DNA from: Promethearchaeota archaeon
GTDB taxonomy: Archaea > Asgardarchaeota > Lokiarchaeia > Sigyniarchaeales > SOKP01
Length of the DNA stretch: 18,793 bases
Assembly (NCBI GenBank): GCA_019058015.1
Contig: JAHLWH010000207.1
Coordinates: forward strand, 1 to 18,793
Direction: 5' to 3'
Below are positions 15,859 through 18,793 of this stretch, piece after piece. A model generated the notes under the pieces. That model had not been told where the DNA came from and made no database searches. It saw nothing but the letters and a program-made list of their open reading frames with translations. Numbering within the stretch: position 1 is the first letter of the stretch; every line of letters begins with the position of its first letter. The translations under genes and the position numbers were made by a program.

Positions 15859-17478
15859 TATTACGATTGAGAAAAGTGCTACAGTCTTTGGGACAAATTA
15901 TAAAGTAAGAACTGCAGCAGGGGAATTTAGTATTCCTACATCAATTATTGACGATAAAAAGAATTTAGCAGAGATTTTAAATATAATTGAAGAATGTGTG
16001 AGATTAAAATATTCCGCAGATGACTTTGAAAAGAGAATAAAAACGACAGCTATAAATATTGAAGATAAGGAAATTTCTGAAATAAAAATTGGATTATATA
16101 ATGATTTATTAGAGTTAGAAAAGAATGGAAAGGATCACATTTGGGTAAGTATTCTACGTAATGCTTTTAGACCTTTATTCATTGGCAAATTTGATTATGT
16201 TGTAGGAAATCCTCCTTGGATCCTTTGGGATAATTTACCAGAAGATTATAGGGAGAGTACGATAAGTTTATGGAAAAAATATGGATTATTTACCCTATCT
16301 GGTTCCAGAGCGAGATATGGGGGAGCTAAAAAAGATATTTCAATATTATTTACTTATGTAGGAAGTGATAAATATCTTAAAAAGAATGGAAAATTAGGCT
16401 TTCTAATTACTCAATCCGTATTTAAAACTAAAGGTGCTGGTGAGGGCTTTAGATCTTTTAGATTTCCTCAAAAAAAGAAAATTAATGGGAAAGATATCAC
16501 AGTTAATATAGATTTGAAATTAATAGAAGTTTATGATTTTGTAGATGTTAAACCATTTGAAGGGGCAAATAATAAAACTAATGCTTTTATTTTAAAAAAA
16601 AGTGGTGAAAAAACATTATATCCTATTGATTATACATTATGGAGGAACTAAATGATATAGATCAAAAAGAATCGTTAGAAACAGCAATTAAAAAATTAAT
16701 ACCCATAGAGATGGCAGCTATTCCTTCTGATCCTAATAATGAATTATCTCCTTGGATAACATTACCCAAGAATGTAATTAAAATTGTAAAAAATTTTTAT
16801 GGACAGAATGAATATAAATCTCATGAAGGAGTTAATAGTGGAGGTGCTAATGGGGTCTATTTTATTGAAATCTCAGATATATTAGATCAAAAAGAAGTTG
16901 GGATTGATATCTCAAATAAAGAATTAGAAAAACTACTAAATATAGCTCAACCAGTAAGAATAAAAGAATTAAGGATTAAAAATGTATTAAAGGGAATGAA
17001 AAAAAAATATCCTAAAGTTGAAACCCTTATTGAGGATTTTTTTATATATCCAATGATAAAATCCAAAAATGTTAGGAGATGGAAACTAGATGGATATAAT
17101 TATATAATACAAATGCAAAATCCAATTACAAAGGTGGGTTTTGATGAAAGTTTTGTAAGAATAAATTTTCCAAAAACCTATTCATATTTTGATTCTTTTA
17201 GAAGAATTTTAAGTGAAAGAAAAACTAAAGTTGTTAGACAACTTGTTGATAATGGTTCTGCTTTTTATACTATGTACGGCGTAGGTGAGTATACTTATGC
17301 TCCTTTTAAAGTCGTATGGAATCAGATGGGTAAAAAGTTAACATGTTGTGTCATTTCAACCATTAATGATAAATATTTAGGAGAAAAACTTATCTTACCT
17401 GAACATGTATTAGCGTTTATGGAATTTTATAATAAATTAGAAGCACATTATGTTTGTGCTATTATGAACTCAAGTATT
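15839..17478 (+). pseudogene. Type IIG-like N6-adenine methyltransferase/TRD, 5'-truncated, frameshifted at ~16647 and 3'-truncated
   Basis: PIYLADSI, FDYVVGNPPW (motif IV), YLKKNGKLGFLIT, FEGANNKT. After a frame change it continues with SPW, HEGVNSGGANGVYF, YTYAPFKVVW and EAHYVCAIMNSSI. Motif I and the nuclease domain are absent. Confidence 0.85.
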
Positions 17479-18793
17479 GACAGTTTAGAAAAAGAATTAC
17501 AGGATAAGTTTGATGAAATTGATCTAGTTTTTCGAACATTTTTTAGTAATTATCCACGTGTTGTATTAAAAGACCATAAATTATTATCCGGATTGAAAGT
17601 TGTTATCTTAAAGAACAAATTTATCAGACGGGAAGGCTCATATTTACCATATACACTGATTCAAGGAGTAGTTCTCTCAAACATTAATAAGATTATGGAT
17701 GAATTAAAGAAAAGTATAAAGACTCAAGTCGCTGCTGAATTTAACACGCCTTTAAATTTACAAAATCAATTCATCGTAGGAAACACGATTAATACCGAAT
17801 TTTGTAGGGAAGAGATTCCATTTGGTTTTAAACTTGATCAAGTTAGAAACCTTCTCATAAGTGGAGGGACCAATTCTCAAAGAGACAATATCGCTATGAA
17901 AATTATCTCAGAATTAGTTAAAAGTGAGATTCCATCAATAATTTTCGATTTTAAAGGAAATTATAGCAAAATAATTAATTCATTTTCAAAAACTCAATTT
18001 AAAAACAACTTCCACTATTTCAAATTGGGACAATCTTTTCAAATTTCCTTATTGAAGTCGGATATAGAGAATGATATTGATAATACTAAATATTTAGATT
18101 ATGTTTATGAATGCCTTGGTATGGTGTTTAAATTAGATGATAAGGCAATTTTAGATTTAAAAAAAGAAATTAAATTATTAGATTTGGAAGTAAAGTCGCT
18201 AGAACTCAATGATGAATTAAAAAAGGCTTGGGAAAAGAACCGTAAATTAGAACAATCAATGTCAAAGCTTACAGAATTTTTAGATCTGACTCGATCAACC
18301 ATTAGTGCCTTGGGATTACCGGAAGGAGTTATAACTTCGGAAGATTTTCTAAAAGATGGTAAAACGGTAATTATTGATTTGAGTTTATTAAGACCACCTT
18401 ATAATCTATTTGGAATGTTTGTAATTATTTCAAAAATAATTAGATATATTGAAGAATTTGAAGATTTCCAATCAAAAATATTGGTTATGCCAAATATTGA
18501 ATATTTTTTTGATAAATATTATTTAGATAGGTGGATAAAATCTCCTATTATCGATTTATTTCTCGATCCTTTAGCCGAAAATGGGTTCGGGTTTTTATTC
18601 TTGGTTAATGAAATAAATAAACTCCACCCAGCCGTTTATAATTATTTAGAAAATTTCATTGCACTAAAGACAGTCAATAGTTATGATTTTCAAGTATTAA
18701 AGAATTTGTTTAATCTTCAGGAAATTCAAGGGCAGGGCTATTATACCAATAAGAGAAAAAATACTTATCAAATAGATTTCTTAAAGCAGTTAA
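16639..18793 (+). CDS. Long open frame (>700 codons, runs off the window): Type IIG TRD joined at ~17478 to a degenerate HerA/VirB4-like ATPase
   Basis: No stop in frame 1 from ATG 16639 to the end. After NSSI it reads LLISGGTNSQRDN (Walker A position), IPSIIFDFKGNY, KTVIIDLS, KILVMPNIE (Walker B position) and GFGFLFLVNEINKLHPAVY. Confidence 0.75.
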   Translation, partial: MEELNDIDQKESLETAIKKLIPIEMAAIPSDPNNELSPWITLPKNVIKIVKNFYGQNEYKSHEGVNSGGANGVYFIEISDILDQKEVGIDISNKELEKLLNIAQPVRIKELRIKNVLKGMKKKYPKVETLIEDFFIYPMIKSKNVRRWKLDGYNYIIQMQNPITKVGFDESFVRINFPKTYSYFDSFRRILSERKTKVVRQLVDNGSAFYTMYGVGEYTYAPFKVVWNQMGKKLTCCVISTINDKYLGEKLILPEHVLAFMEFYNKLEAHYVCAIMNSSIDSLEKELQDKFDEIDLVFRTFFSNYPRVVLKDHKLLSGLKVVILKNKFIRREGSYLPYTLIQGVVLSNINKIMDELKKSIKTQVAAEFNTPLNLQNQFIVGNTINTEFCREEIPFGFKLDQVRNLLISGGTNSQRDNIAMKIISELVKSEIPSIIFDFKGNYSKIINSFSKTQFKNNFHYFKLGQSFQISLLKSDIENDIDNTKYLDYVYECLGMVFKLDDKAILDLKKEIKLLDLEVKSLELNDELKKAWEKNRKLEQSMSKLTEFLDLTRSTISALGLPEGVITSEDFLKDGKTVIIDLSLLRPPYNLFGMFVIISKIIRYIEEFEDFQSKILVMPNIEYFFDKYYLDRWIKSPIIDLFLDPLAENGFGFLFLVNEINKLHPAVYNYLENFIALKTVNSYDFQVLKNLFNLQEIQGQGYYTNKRKNTYQIDFLKQL

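Noticed and set aside
18105-18302. ORF 18105..18302 (-)
   Set aside because: Antisense to the long HerA-like frame.
1-18793. CRISPR array, IS element or rRNA
   Set aside because: No regularly spaced repeats, transposase motifs or rRNA-like sequence seen.

Overview
AT-rich archaeal DNA, most consistent with an Asgard (Lokiarchaeia-like) genome. That assignment is inferred from gene content, the acidic eL31 extension and the many zinc-ribbon proteins. There are three parts. (1) ~1.0-10.0 kb is an accessory region of small zinc-ribbon proteins and largely broken defence genes: OLD/TOPRIM, MBL nuclease, AbrB, EVE plus PD-(D/E)xK with an in-frame TGA, RelA/SpoT, AlbA_2, a HEPN-motif protein and a membrane-anchored HNH. 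(2) 10.1-13.95 kb is a core translation/ribosome-biogenesis cluster: S19e-PDCD5-L39e-L31e-aIF6 on the minus strand, and YhbY-Rpp21-Nep1-tRNA-Gly on the plus strand. (3) 14.7-18.8 kb holds a tRNA-Phe(GAA) gene interrupted by three bulge-helix-bulge introns at non-canonical positions (15/16, 30/31, 52/53). It is followed by a convergent PD-(D/E)xK homing-type endonuclease and a truncated, frameshifted Type IIG methyltransferase fused in frame to a degenerate HerA/VirB4-like ATPase that runs off the window. All family calls come from motif recognition by eye, not database searches.
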